Positions 23,302-36,100 of a DNA stretch of 64,000 nucleotides are shown one piece after another. The stretch lies in NCBI GenBank assembly GCA_965153285.1, contig OZ229116.1, one strand, 5' to 3'. The translations under genes were made by a program, and so were the position numbers. The notes beneath the pieces were generated by a model, which searched no databases, had not been told where the DNA came from, and worked only from the letters and a program-made list of their open reading frames with translations. The first letter of the stretch is position 1; each line of letters starts with the position of its first letter. The stretch comes from Podarcis tiliguerta. Taxonomy: Eukaryota.

Positions 23302-26300
23302 TTTGTCAGTATATTCAAGGACCGCCTCTTTCCACATGAAACCTACCCAGATCCTGAGATCATCTTCTTGGAGGTTTCTAAGCAGAGGTTGGATGGCCAT
23401 CTGTCATGGATGCTTTAGTTGAGATTCCTGCCTTGCAGGGGGTTGGACTAGATGACCCTCGGGAACCCTTCCAACTCTACAATTCTATGAAATTATCTCC
23501 AGGTCAGTGAGTAGGCTGGAGAAGAAGGGGCAGAATGCTATTTCTGCTATAGCAGCTCACTCTGTTTTTGTACTGGCCACAAAGAAAATGGTTTTACTGC
23601 CTCCACAGCCCTGTTTGAACCTGCAATCCCCCATCCTTACTCATAAGCGTGGGTGTGGTGAGCAGCATTGCCTCATTTCAGTATTATTATTATTATTATT
23701 AACAACTATACTTGCATACTGCCCTTCATGTGAAGCTCACAGGGCAGTTCACAACATAAAAATACAAAATGAAAACACATAATAAAAATGAAAGCAAAGA
23801 AAACAACACCCCCCCCCATTACAGGCAGAATTAAAAGGTCACAGAATATTAATCAATACAATAAATTCCACAAAGCCAGGAAAGGTAATCTTGCCACCTC
23901 AACAGTAGGATGGGGCTGTCAACGCGCCAGATTTCCCCACCTCTCCTGCAAGACAGTAAGCTTCCCCCAGCTTGTATATTGGGAACATGCTGGGAACAAC
24001 ATAGTCTGCATCTCTAAGAAATGGAACCTGAGTGAACTGTAGGTTTTCAGAGAGTCAAGCTGGAGGAAGGTCAGAACTGCAACCCCCTTTATGAGTAAAC
24101 AGCACACAAGTAAAAATGCTTCCAGGCTGGTAGCTTTGGGGGGCTTACTAACAGGATTGCCTTGAGCCCTGTGGGGCTATATTTGGCTGGATGGGTCACA
24201 AGTTATTCAAGCCTCACTTAAAGGACCATTACAATCAATCTGGAAAACAAGAAGCAGCGACCAGAATGATCAGAGGCTGCTGAACGCAGATTAAGAGCTT
24301 GGTCATGCCTTACAGTAATCATTATTGGAGAAGCACATGAGTTATTAATGCACTGAACTGAAGCTAACTCATAAGGAAAATTAACAAATTTGTTTATAAT
24401 CTAATAGTGATTATTATTTCTTGAATCCTCTTTAGCTGAGAGGCAATATGATTGCACTCCAGAAAACATTGGTGGTGGCACTGGCAGGGGGAATAGCGCT
24501 ACTAGTTAAAAGAACCAAAGTATATCCTTTTTCCATTATGGGTTTTTTAAAAAAAGGATTTAGAGCCACTAATTAGCCATAAGAGCAAAGAACCTGGTTT
24601 CAAAACAACAAGATAACTTCAGATAAGAGTATTCATTGGGTTTCAACTATTGCCCAATGGGCCAGAAAGATTTCCCTGTCATGTGACGTGGGATGAAGCA
24701 GTGGACCTACTAAGATTCTTTGGTGCATTCAAGGCAAATGGGTAAAAAGGGCTTGAGTGTTATAGTAGTTAGTGTCTCCTCTTCTGGCTTAAAATAACTT
24801 GTTTATAACAGTGACCTTTCACTCATACTAGACGGCAAACCTATATTCCTCCCAGAGGAAAGTAGTGAGACGCTACTTCTATTCTTTCCAAATCAGATTG
24901 AAGGAATAAACTGTATTTGGATGGATTGACTAGGACAACATTTATTCAACATTCCTTTAAGGCTTGGAGGAAACAAGGATTTTGGATCAAAATATAGTTC
25001 CTAGAAAACAAAGGAAACATCAAGTGAAGCTTGTCTTTTTTTAACTGTTTTACTGAGGTGAGAGTAACCAGAGTATGCAAATGTGTTGTAAATGTTAACA
25101 TTCTTTATACCAGTATTTGAAACTACCATTGTTCTAGGTGCATTTTGTGACAAGGAATTTCATTAGTGTGAGCAGTTTCTGAGCTCTGGGCACAGTTCTG
25201 CACCTAAGATTTCAGATTAAAATTGCAGAGTGGATATAAAGGAAGACCTTCTTCTGCCTCCCCACTTCCAGCCACTCTCTGAAGACTGGAGAAGAGACCT
25301 TCTTAAGAATATTAGGGGGTGGGCAGGGGAAGGACTAGACCATGTGGAAAATGAACGTAATATTTTAGCTGCAGTTCATTCATTTTCAGCTTTGTATTCT
25401 TGTTATTTAAAAAGTGTGCCTAGACATTCCGTTGTTGCGACCATAACCTAGGTTTAAGGTGCCATTTAGCTCCTAGCTTTCTTATCTCCGTTTCGAACAT
25501 GGCTTTACACACTGTATATTTGTATTTGGACATGAAATTACTGCAAAGCGTTCTGAATAATGTGTAATTGGACATGCAATTCTGACTTCCCAATAAAAGG
25601 GGGGAAAGCTGATGTTGGCTTCTAAATTAAAAGTGTCTCAATGAAAAACACAAGAACCACTATCCTAGTAATTAAAGCAAGGAGAAATAACCTTTTAGAT
25701 GTGTATCAATTGCATGACTTCAATGTGTTTTCTAAGGGGAAAGGTTATAGGACTGCCAAATGATCTCTGGGCTGAGAGATTAACTGCTAAATATTATATC
25801 TCTCAGGAAATTACTAGCTACAGTGCCCACATGGGCCAGCAAATAAGGAGCTCTCTTAGCTATAGCCATATATTTGAGTAAGGGAATATGCCAGTATAAA
25901 TTTAAACAATTCAAGATATATCCAGAGTAGGACTGGGCAATATATCGGTATGTGGACGCAGACCACAATGACAGCTTCACTCAGGGGTATATCGCTGGTG
26001 AAACTGCTGCCACTTGAGTCCCTCTGCCTCCAGGGCGATAAGGAAGAAACAAACTAGCTGGGAGCTGGAGGCAGAGGGACTCACGGTGGCAGTTTCACCA
26101 GCAATATACTACAGGTGAAACCACCATCGCACTCTGCCCCGGCAGAGGGAGAATCAAGCTGAATCAGCGAGGAGCATGCTGCTGCCCTCGCCTCAGCCAA
26201 GCAGTTTTAAGGAGCCCCTGACCTGTACAAGCCAACAACGGGATGGATGCTCCATTAAAGTGCTCCCCCTTCCCAGCTGAGAGAGCCCCGATTCCGCTCC

Positions 26301-26732
26301 TGCTTGCACAGGAGTAGGAGTGGGAGCAGGGCTGCTCAGCTGGGGAGCGTGAAGCTGACTGGATATGGAGAGAACTGTACATTTTAGGATATTCATACGT
26401 GAGTGCAGATTATGTAGAACCATTTGTATCTCCAACATACAACTGCTCTATATAATTACAAAAAATATTCTCAGTGTCTCAACAAACCCAACAAAAATCT
26501 AACTCCTTGAAGATAATCTACCATAGCATTCTGAAAATCAAACTCTTTACCATTCTCTCTCCAAAATTATATAAATCGGTGTCATTTTGTTTGAGGAGTA
26601 TCTGAAGTAATTCTGGTCTCTTGATAATCTCCGTAATTGCAATAATACATACTCTAAGTAATCAGGTTTTCACTTCTGGGATTTTATCATCCTTCCAAAG
26701 TCTAGCCAAAACATTTTAGCTAGAACTGGATA

Positions 26733-26984
26733 CAGTCATACCTCATGTTATGTTTGCTTTATGTTACGTTCTTTCAGGTTACGTCCCGCAGCAACCCGGA
26801 AGTACCGGAAAGGGTTACTTCTGGGTTTCACCGCTCGCGCATGCACAGAAATGCTAAACCGTGCATGCGCACAAGTGCCAAATTGCGCTGCGTACCTGCA
26901 CAGATACGGCGCTTCAGGTTGCGCTCTTTACATGTTGCAAACGGGCCTCCGGAACAGATCCCGTTGCAACCAGAGGTACCACTG
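26733..26984. mobile_element. Tc1/mariner MITE
   Basis: TIR CAGTCATACCTC / GAGGTACCACTG, TA TSD; sister copy at 57986-58214. Confidence 0.8.
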
Positions 26985-29823
26985 TATTGGATATGAGACA
27001 TGGTCAAAAATATGCAATAGAAATGAATTCTAAGAATTCTCTGCAAATGAATAAATGCTATGACCTATCATAATACATCAATTCCTTAAAATTTCTGTCC
27101 AGTAAATCACTCACATATATTTCCACTATCCTTTGACTAGAGTTATGGCCCTGAACCAAAATTGCAACTAGATATGAGGAAAACATATTAGACAACCCAG
27201 GGCTTATCTGGACATGTCCCATGAATCACAGTATCTGAACACCCTATTGATTCCTAGAAGAAGCAAACATACATCCAAATGTTAAAGTTCAAGCTTAAGA
27301 CTTATTATGAAAGCTCAATGATACACAACCTTCTCCCTGACTATGAAATACCCGGAAGTCAAACTGTAATGTACTAGGGACAATCGGCTTCTATCTCTTA
27401 CCACAAGCAAAGCTTCCCACAATTAGCTTAGCAGACCATGGTCCCAATCCAGAGAAGTCACATTCCAAAAGTCCCCCTGAAATTAATGGGATGTGCTTAA
27501 TGCAGGTAAATGGTACTAATTTCAGCAGAATTAAGCACAACTAACAGTCTCAATTGGTGCCCCAAATTAATTCATAGTTCAACACTTTCCAATAAATTAT
27601 GCTGCAATGTTATGCGCACCTGCTAGTAAGTCCCATGGAAAAGAATATATCTGCGTAGACATGCATAAGATTGTATCAACTTCCTTAAAAATCTTAAGAA
27701 AAGTTTAATTCTTTCTGAAACACAAGGTCCCACAATATTTATAGGAGGAAGAACGGGGAACAATACAAATCTCTAAAACATAAAGGGCTTTTATAATATG
27801 GCTACTCTTTTTAAATCAAGGCTTTTAAATTGAGGAAAAAAGAGCCCCTATACAAGCTGCATCCATTTTTTAGACAACATTGATCCAGATTTTTATTTTT
27901 TATTTATGCAATTTGTATACCACCCTTTATCTGAAAATCCCAGGGCGAGCCAGATGAACAAGATGAATGTGGCTTATGTAAAATTTGAGATAAAGAAGGA
28001 ATACAATTCTAAATACAAGGGCTTCCATTCTAGACTCTCCTCATCCCCTGATCCTTTCAAGAAAGGATAGTTATCAAATGGCCCTAATCACTTAATCTTA
28101 TCATTTTACCCTTAGCAGAGATCATCCAGTAACTGACCTGGTAGATCTCATTTATATAAGATTAGCTTAAAAGCACTCAATTTTGATGCATCTTCACAAT
28201 GGAATGATAATAGACATGTTTAATTACATGTTTACAACTTTACCACCCCTTCATCGTCATTATCACACAAACTATGGCCATGGAAACTGAAACACACAGC
28301 ACTTAAAAGCCTCATCCTGCTATGGGGGGAGGGAATTCCACCTCTTTTATTATTAGTGTTTCTATAGTAAGTGATGAGTCACCAGTTGAGGTTACACCCC
28401 CTGAGTATTATGCTCTGCAACACCCTTTCAGCTGTTATTCCAATGTACTACAATGTACCTATTATTCTGGCTTAATGCCTATCAGGCCACGTTCCAGACA
28501 CAAATATCAAGCTCGCAGAACAGAACTAGGATTTACCCAGTAACACTATCACAACTGTCATAGTTTAATCTCCAAACCAAAGTACTGTATATGGAAACTG
28601 GGGAAGGGAGGGGTGAAAACCAATTCCACATTTGCATACTGCATTGATGTCTAGTTCAGAGATCAGACATCACAGACTGCTCAGATCTTGTTTATACAGA
28701 TCAATAATTTATATAATTATTTTATTTATTTATTTATTTATTTATTTATCTATCTATCTTCTAAAACTCTTTCTGCTTTGTAAGATTATAAAACTCTCGT
28801 AAATGGGAATAATATCTCAGAAGGTATGGAGAAATCCAAGAATGATTTGAAGTACCAAGGGTTGTAATATGCAATATAGGTTTCTATATACCCTGTATGG
28901 TACGCTCTCCCAGTGTCAGTAAAGCATACTTCTGGTCATGTGATTGAACTTCACTTTCCCCCTAGTAGTTCTCCGTATGCCCTTTAAATCTTCTCTGCAG
29001 AGTTGGTGGATCCTCTGGGTCAGATTTTTAACAGAGAAATGTGAAATCCCACTGCACAAACAGAAGTCTGCTAAGGCAATGCCCATGCAACTTAGCCTCA
29101 CTTAGGAAATGTGACGTCAAGTTTCATAAAAGTCCATCCGTCCCCACCACCACCACTACCGTATAAATGTGCTCTAAGCAAATCAGCGGATCTTGTCAGG
29201 CTAATAGTTATGGTAAAACTCAATTATGTAAAAGCTTTTATAGAGCTCTGTGCTAAATTAAATTGGAGCTGACAGGTAAATTCATTAGAATGTAATTTGG
29301 AATGCAACATAAAGATGAAAGAATGAGGAAGATAGGAAGAGCTGTTTAGCATTTAGGAGCTATCTACGGTAAGTAGTTTTGCTAAAAAGCTATTATAAAT
29401 GAGTTGTTAACAGGCAATATCCTCTACCAGATAGTAGTTCACAAATACATGTGCCATTCTCATTATTATCAGCTGTTTTTCTTCAAAAAGTTACCCAAAG
29501 CACATGTTACTTGTGGCATATAAAAAACCACTTGAAAGTGGGGGAAAGAGAAGCAAACTTTGTTCTATAGTATTTACAACCGCACATTTATCTGATCATT
29601 TAGGGGAGATTTTTATCACATGTAAGCAGATAACTGACTGTTTTCAAGTCTGGTTTCCACACCATTTCATGTGACATTTCTTGCACAAATAGCACTTCTG
29701 TGCAGGAAAAAGCAAGCAAACTGTTTTATCATATACAAAAACCATGCATATCTATTTTCTTGCCTGTATGTGACTAGTTATCTGAATAATATTGTTCTAA
29801 ACAGACAATTGCTATCTAGGTAA

Positions 29824-29950
29824 GAATCATAAAATTGTAGAGTTGGAAGCGACTTAGTCCTCCTGCAATGAAGGAATCTTTTGCTCAACGTGGGGCTGAA
29901 CCCACGACCCTGCGATTAAGAGTCTCATGTTCTACTCACTGAGCTACCCC
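29824..29950 (-). mobile_element. tRNA-Lys(CTT)-derived SINE with CR1 3' tail
   Basis: Minus strand reads TAGCTCAGTGAGTAGAACATGAGACTCTTAATCGCAGGGTCGTGGGTTCAGCCCCACGTTG followed by the CR1 tail CCAACTCTACAATT; related copy at about 31167-31296. Confidence 0.75.
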
Positions 29951-31415
29951 AACACAAATTGGAAACTGGTTCTGCTTGAACCAAGATATGACGACCAAAT
30001 TACCAGCAGGCCTATTGCAAAAAAGCAGAAGGCACTGAAACACTAGAGGTTATAGTTAACAGTTGGGCAACCTTAGCCCAACACAAGATCATAAAAGGTC
30101 ATTTTACAGTCAACAAGCTGTCCCTGGCAAATGTTTAGCAAACTAGGCTTTTATAAAACTTCCAATGCTGGGGACTAGCTTTCACTACTTTTAATTTTAG
30201 AAAAAAACCCTATACTGTAGTTATTTTGACTGAAATTTAAAGGATGGTAGCTTAGCTAACAATCCAAGGGAAGCAGGAAGTCTGACCCAGGTGTCAGCAT
30301 TAAATAAACTAGGGGTTTCCCAAACTGTAGTCTGTGTGCCAACAGTGATCCACAAATTTCATATTGATCTTTAAGTGTATTTTTATTGTGTTTATGTGTG
30401 AATACAATCTGAATCATACCATGCAATGCAAACTGTGATATAATAAGAAAAGCAATTAAAAAACAATTAAAAATAGACAGCATCTAGCACGGTGTGTCAC
30501 AACTGTGACAACAGGTAGAAAAATCATTAAGTGATCCACCAAGACCAAGTAGTCTGTGGGAGCAAAAGGTTTGGGAAGCTATGACAAAAAGAAAGTGGAC
30601 ACGTCTCACTGGAAATCTGGGTGTGAGGAAAGCAGACCTAGGAAAAAGAGATGCATTCACTGTGCAAAAGACTACAGCAAACGTTTAGCCTATTCCAGCC
30701 AGATCAATAAACGTACATTTTCACCCTTTAGCATCCTTCAAAAGTGCCCTTCACACCCCTAACTCTAAATGGCTCAAGATGTGCTGCTGTTTCAACATTT
30801 ACTTATGGGTCAACCGGGGATTAGCAAACATCCTTTTTACAAGGGCAACAACCACAACCACCAACCCGGTGCCGTTTTGATGCTCTCAAGGGGAAAGGAG
30901 GAGGTGGTTTAGTGAGGATTCACGCCCGAGAAAAACAGGTAGGCGATCGCCCTCTTCTCTCCTCAACGCCAATTAAAAGTAAGAGTGCAGGAAAGTTGCC
31001 GCACAAGGAAGCGCGGAGAAGGCACGGCGACCGTTCACCACAGAAGAAGCTTCTTCCGGGGTGGCGGCGAAAAGGGTTGGAGATTTATTCCCCCCCCCAA
31101 AAAAAAATCATTTCTCTCCACCTCCTGAGCAGCCTATAGGAAGGGAAGGAGGATGACAAAATTGCATCACAGAACTGTAGAGTGGGAAGGGCTACCGGGG
31201 GGTCATCTAGTCCAACCCCCTGCAATGCAGGAACCGTTTGCCCCACGTGGTGCTCGAACCCGCGACCCTGAGGTCTCGTGATCTATACCTACTGAGGTAA
31301 AATTGGGACGGAGGTGGGGGGGTGGAAGGCCCACCCACCCCTTTCTCTCCCCCCACCCCCCAGCGATAGGCATTTAAATAGGGTGCTCGTGAGGGGTGGG
31401 GGAAGGGTCTCTCAC

Positions 31416-31599
31416 CCATCAGCCGCAGCAGCCCCCCCAGGAGGCCGGTCCACAGGGAGTCTCCGGGGAACACCGGGGACGAGTTGAAGATGGCGTCGAT
31501 GAGGAAAAGGCTGGGCACCCGCAGCGCCACCTCCGCGCCGGCCCGCAGCCACGGGCCCAGCCGCTGAGGCGGCGGTTGAAGGGGGCCCGGGGCCGCCAT
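31416..31599 (-). CDS. RNF139: RNF139 coding exon 1
   Basis: MAAPGPLQPPPQRLGPWLRAGAEVALRVPSLFLIDAIFNS... matches the TRC8 N-terminal EVALRVP..IDAIFNS motif. Donor GTGAGA, phase 1, joins exon 2 in frame. Confidence 0.95.
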
Positions 31600-31687
31600 C
31601 CCCGAGACCCCGCCGCCTCCTGTCCGTTTCTGGGCGGGCGGCGGGGGGAAGGCAGAGAAAGGGCACGGCGATGACGGCGGCCGCCAG

Positions 31688-31780
31688 TTACCGCCGGGCT
31701 CTCGCCGCCCGGGACCCCGGACGCAGGGACGTTGCCGACGCCGCCGACACCAGCGCTCGCGAGGAGGCCGCCGCCATCAT
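31688..31780 (-). CDS. Candidate uORF in RNF139 5' leader, 30 aa MMAAASSRALVSAASATSLRPGSRAARARR
   Basis: ATGATGG start, second ATG has -3A/+4G; TAA ends 88 nt upstream of the main ATG. Translation is unproven. Confidence 0.45.
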   Translation of the reverse strand: MMAAASSRALVSAASATSLRPGSRAARARR

Positions 31781-32582
31781 GTCCGCGATGCCTGCCTGCC
31801 TCTTCCTCCCTCCTCCTCATCCGCCGCCCGCCAGCCAGCCGGCGCGCGCCGCCGCCTCCTCCTGCAGCAGCAGCAGCAGCAGCAGCTACGTAGCCGCCGC
31901 GGCCCTCTCAGAAACGACGCGACGGGCGGGGGAGGAGGGGAATGGGCGGGGCCACGGCGTCCTCTCCGTCACAATGCCCCGCCCCGCCAATAGGCAGCCG
32001 GTTCTGGCGGCGGCGGCGGAGTTGGTGGGTGGAGTTTAGGACTAAAAAAAAAAAACCCTCACCCATCAGCACCACCAAGGGTAACTGTCGAATGAGCGGC
32101 GCGAGCGCACCTCGTACCCGCCAATCCGGAGCCGCCAGCGCCGTCGCCGCGCACGCGCTCGGAGGTTTGTGTTTTTTTTCCCCTCAGGCGAGTCGTTGGT
32201 CGCAGTCATCGTGGGTCTGACCTCAGTGCCTCCTCGCTGAGGAGAGGGAGAGGGAGCGTGCGAGGGAATCCCGGCTCCGAACGGATTCTTCCTCAGCAGC
32301 GTTTCGAATTATTTATCTGATAAAATTTATACACTTGATTGTAAAAAACAAACAAACCACACAGACAGACCTCAAAGGACTTTGCAAAAAGATGAGGCAC
32401 TAAAATCGAAGGGAAATTCGCAGCCCTACTTTGAGACATAATAAAGTTTAACATACTAAAGCAGGTTAAAGTTCACCTCAACTTTAAGCTTCCTCTGAGT
32501 AGGCTTGTCTAAACGAGGATGTTTTTTTAGCAGGCGCTGAGAAGAATAAAAGGCGCCCACTTTTAAACAGCATATTTATACG

Positions 32583-33108
32583 CAGTGCCGGATTTACGTA
32601 TAAGCTAAACAAGCTATAACAGGGCCCCACTGTCTTGGGGGGACCCCAAAAAATGTATAGGGAAAAAACTGGATGTACATTTCCAAAATATAAAAAACAA
32701 AATAAAACCTACAATTATTATTTCATGTTATAGCAAGTTTCTAGAGACTAAATTATGAGTCTTTGTAAATCGTGTTTTTAAAGAAACTTTTGTTACTGCC
32801 AAATGTCAATGTGTTTGCATTATTACGTTTGTTATGAATAAAAAGTCATTTTAAGTTAGAGCTTAATAATTATTTCACTATTAATATACTTCTTAATTGT
32901 ATTTCGGTGCAACAATTACTTTGATAAAATACATTTTGTTGTGTGCAAATGGCTTTAGATACCTATTAGGTCCATAAATTACCATATAGCATATATTCAA
33001 CACAAAAAAACCAGTGACAATTTGTTGTTGACAAAGAACAGCTGGACATATAAAGGACCCCATTACCTTCAGTAGCTTAGGGCCTCATCAAACCTAAATC
33101 CGACCCTG
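32583..33108. mobile_element. Non-autonomous hAT (Tip100-like) element
   Basis: TIR CAGTGCCGGATTTA / TAAATCCGACCCTG, partial TSD TTTAT. Confidence 0.65.
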
Positions 33109-36100
33109 TTTATGTCGCCTTATGAGGCTTTGCCCTCGGGTGGGAAAAATATTGTGCACGGGAGATGGGAGTCAACAGACACTCAAGGAATAGTTTCGGA
33201 GAAAAAGCTTTTATTTCTACCATCCATGAACTGGTAGAAGGAGTAAGTGTGATAACTCACAAAAACATGCAGGGGTTCACAGTCATCTGCACAGAGTATA
33301 TATTCCCCTTCCAGTTCCCTCCCCTTTCTCCTCCCTCGGGAGTCCTGCCCATGAGTTCCTCTGAGCATGAACAGAAAGCAACCGAATGAGATAAGATTCA
33401 GTTCTCAGGCCTGCTCTGACAGAGTCTATTCATTAGCTTTTTGAAGCCTTCTCGTTCTGACAAAAGAATAACATTTTGCCTATGTACCAGCATCTTGTGA
33501 GAATCCACAGAAAAACTGTAGCTGTGGATTTTTAGAAGACAAAAGGAATTTTGGACAGTTTTGAGGCCTGGGGTGATTATTGGGGGGGGGTGACTTTGGG
33601 CCTAGGCGGGGTCACCTGTCTTTACCTCCTTCATTTATACCCCGCCTTTTTCCCTGTCAGGGAATCACGGCAGCTTACAGATGAATATAAGAACAGCCAA
33701 AAATATAAGGTGTTTTTATCACTGGAATATTGCTGGAAAGAATGCTGCACCTGGTGGCTGGCCTGATCCAAAAAGGGCTCTTGTTACTGCGATTGCTTTC
33801 ATGGCGTATAATTGCTGGCACACCCAAGTAAATAATTTTAGACATTTTAGTTTTGAAATGGAGTATACATTTTCCTCCCCTCCCCCATCAAAGAAAAACA
33901 ACCATGTTGTTTCCCCTCTCAAATCCGAAATTTAGATCCCAAACAGTATGTTGTTTTTTTTCAGAATTTCACAACAAAATATATAGGAGCAAAATGGTGG
34001 GATGTGGTCCCAAAGCAAGCGAGTGTATTCAAGGGCAACTTGAAGCCTGTTTAGATAGAAGTACGTTCCATTGATTCCGTGGGGCTTACTTCCAAGATAA
34101 GTAAGATTACAAGATTACAGCCTAAGGTAGCAGTCGTATACACAAAAAGCTGGCATAAACCAAATTGGCTTAAATTAAGACAGCATTAAGTTGCACCAGA
34201 TCCAAACTCCGTTCAGCCACAGAGCAATTGATGTCTGAGCCAGCCTAAGCCTATTAGAGGGAGCACAAGCCTTTAGGATAGTGTTTGAGTTATGCCACTA
34301 TTTTTGCTATCTTCACTTATTCTGACTTGCTAGGTCAAGTGACTAAACTGAACAGGCTTTGGATCCATCCTAACTGCCTCAGTTTGGTCCCATCCCTGGA
34401 AAGCCCATTTTTTGCATGGTTTACAACTTGCTTAAGATACTCTGGGCTCTGCTGAGCTGGGATGGTGAGATAAGCCACCTTAGCCCCGAAACATTTGAGA
34501 CAATAAAGACATGCTCTCATATGAATGTGCCTGGGCTTTGTGATTGGCTTCGGGAGCTTAATCCTCTGACCTGCTGTCAAGAACCATCAGACTGGCTGGT
34601 ACTAGGGCAAAACCTTTTCAGCCTCCACAGCTTTGAAACTTCATCCTACAGGATGTTCCATTGGTTTTAAGTGAACGTCAGAAAAAGTTTTTATTCCACT
34701 TAGTTTTTAATAGCTCAATGCAAGCTTCATGTTTTAACTGTTGCTCTTTTGACGGTTTTAGATCTGGTTTGTTTTAAAATTTGCAATATTGTATTCTTAA
34801 TTGTTTTGTAAAGCACCCTATGAGAGCTTGCACCTTAAAAGGCAGAATATAAAGAATTTCAATAGAAAAAACCTTTGAATACTACTGACAGAGGATGATA
34901 AGCAGACATAACTTTTGCGTTGGGGCCAGGCAAATCTTTAGAGCTAAGTCATCATGTATGTATACGCAGAACCATGCAGTCCTAGTACCAAGCCCTGTCA
35001 TTCGATATCCTCCCCCAAACAACTCGGTGAATGGCTGTGTACAGTATTATATAACTTGCACAATTATATAACTTACTAGTAAATGAAGCTTGCATTCCAC
35101 AAGCATAAATACACATTCCTGGTTGATACTGAAAGTGCGTATAGCCCCAAACTTAAGCTAGTAGAAGCAACAAAACTCCTACACCCTGACATTCTGTCCA
35201 GTATGCGGTTTTGGCTCACTCTCTGTTGGAATGCTCCTGGCCTGTTTTATAAGAAAACTTTTTTGCTTCTGGGATTTACTAGAAGCAAAATACCACATTT
35301 TCAATAGCATGTTCTACTTAAGGCATACTTAAGTACAGACAAGAGTGGGGCCATACTTTTAGCCCCGGCCCCGACATTGGGTGATTTTTAAAATATAGCA
35401 ACCCTGTGTTATGCACAACTGCCTGTATAGAAAGTGTGAGATTTTGTGTGTGTTTAGCAGCTGCCTATAGTTGGGGCGCCTGGCCAACCTGATGTTAAAA
35501 CTACACAAGTTATTATTTAAATTACATATTTTAGACAAACCCTTAACTAATAACCAAGCAAGTTTTTCCAGCAATGGTAATTTTTAAAATAACGCATTGG
35601 AACAATATACATCAATGTTACAACCTTACAAATTCTTTTTCTATATTGTAATTGTATTATTATTTCACTTGGATGAACCAAAAGAAACACAAGGGGTGAC
35701 CACGAAGGATTGTTTTGAAACCTGTGGACCTTCTTTTGATCTCAGCAAAGTCAATCTCAGTTCCCCTTGCTTCTGGGCATGAAGTCTCATAAAAGAGCTA
35801 TGCAATCTTAGGCAATCTATTTCATAATATGGGTGCGCAATACTGTTGCCTAGTCAGACAGATTCAGCAAACAGTGGTTTATTATAAAACAGAAGTGGAG
35901 CCGAAAAGAAAAAAGTATGCAAATTGCAAAATATAGATTTTTCTTAGGCAGATACTTTATTTGCTGCATGACTAAGAAAATAATTACTAAGCAGGACCCC
36001 CCAAAAGAGATATTTATGGGGGCACTTCATTTTTTAAAACCTTGCCCCTTCATGATTGGGTAATGGGTATCAATCCACTGTTGATAGTACAAACCAATAT

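Larger units (their letters stand above)
30900..32300 (-). promoter_or_regulatory. RNF139 CpG island/promoter (CCAAT at 31987 and 32121, GC boxes, (CAG)7 at 31865-31885)
   Basis: Very high GC/CpG content around exon 1. Confidence 0.7.

Noticed and set aside
29882-29950. Functional tRNA-Lys gene
   Set aside because: Acceptor stem and T-loop are mutated and it is fused to a CR1 tail, so it is a SINE.
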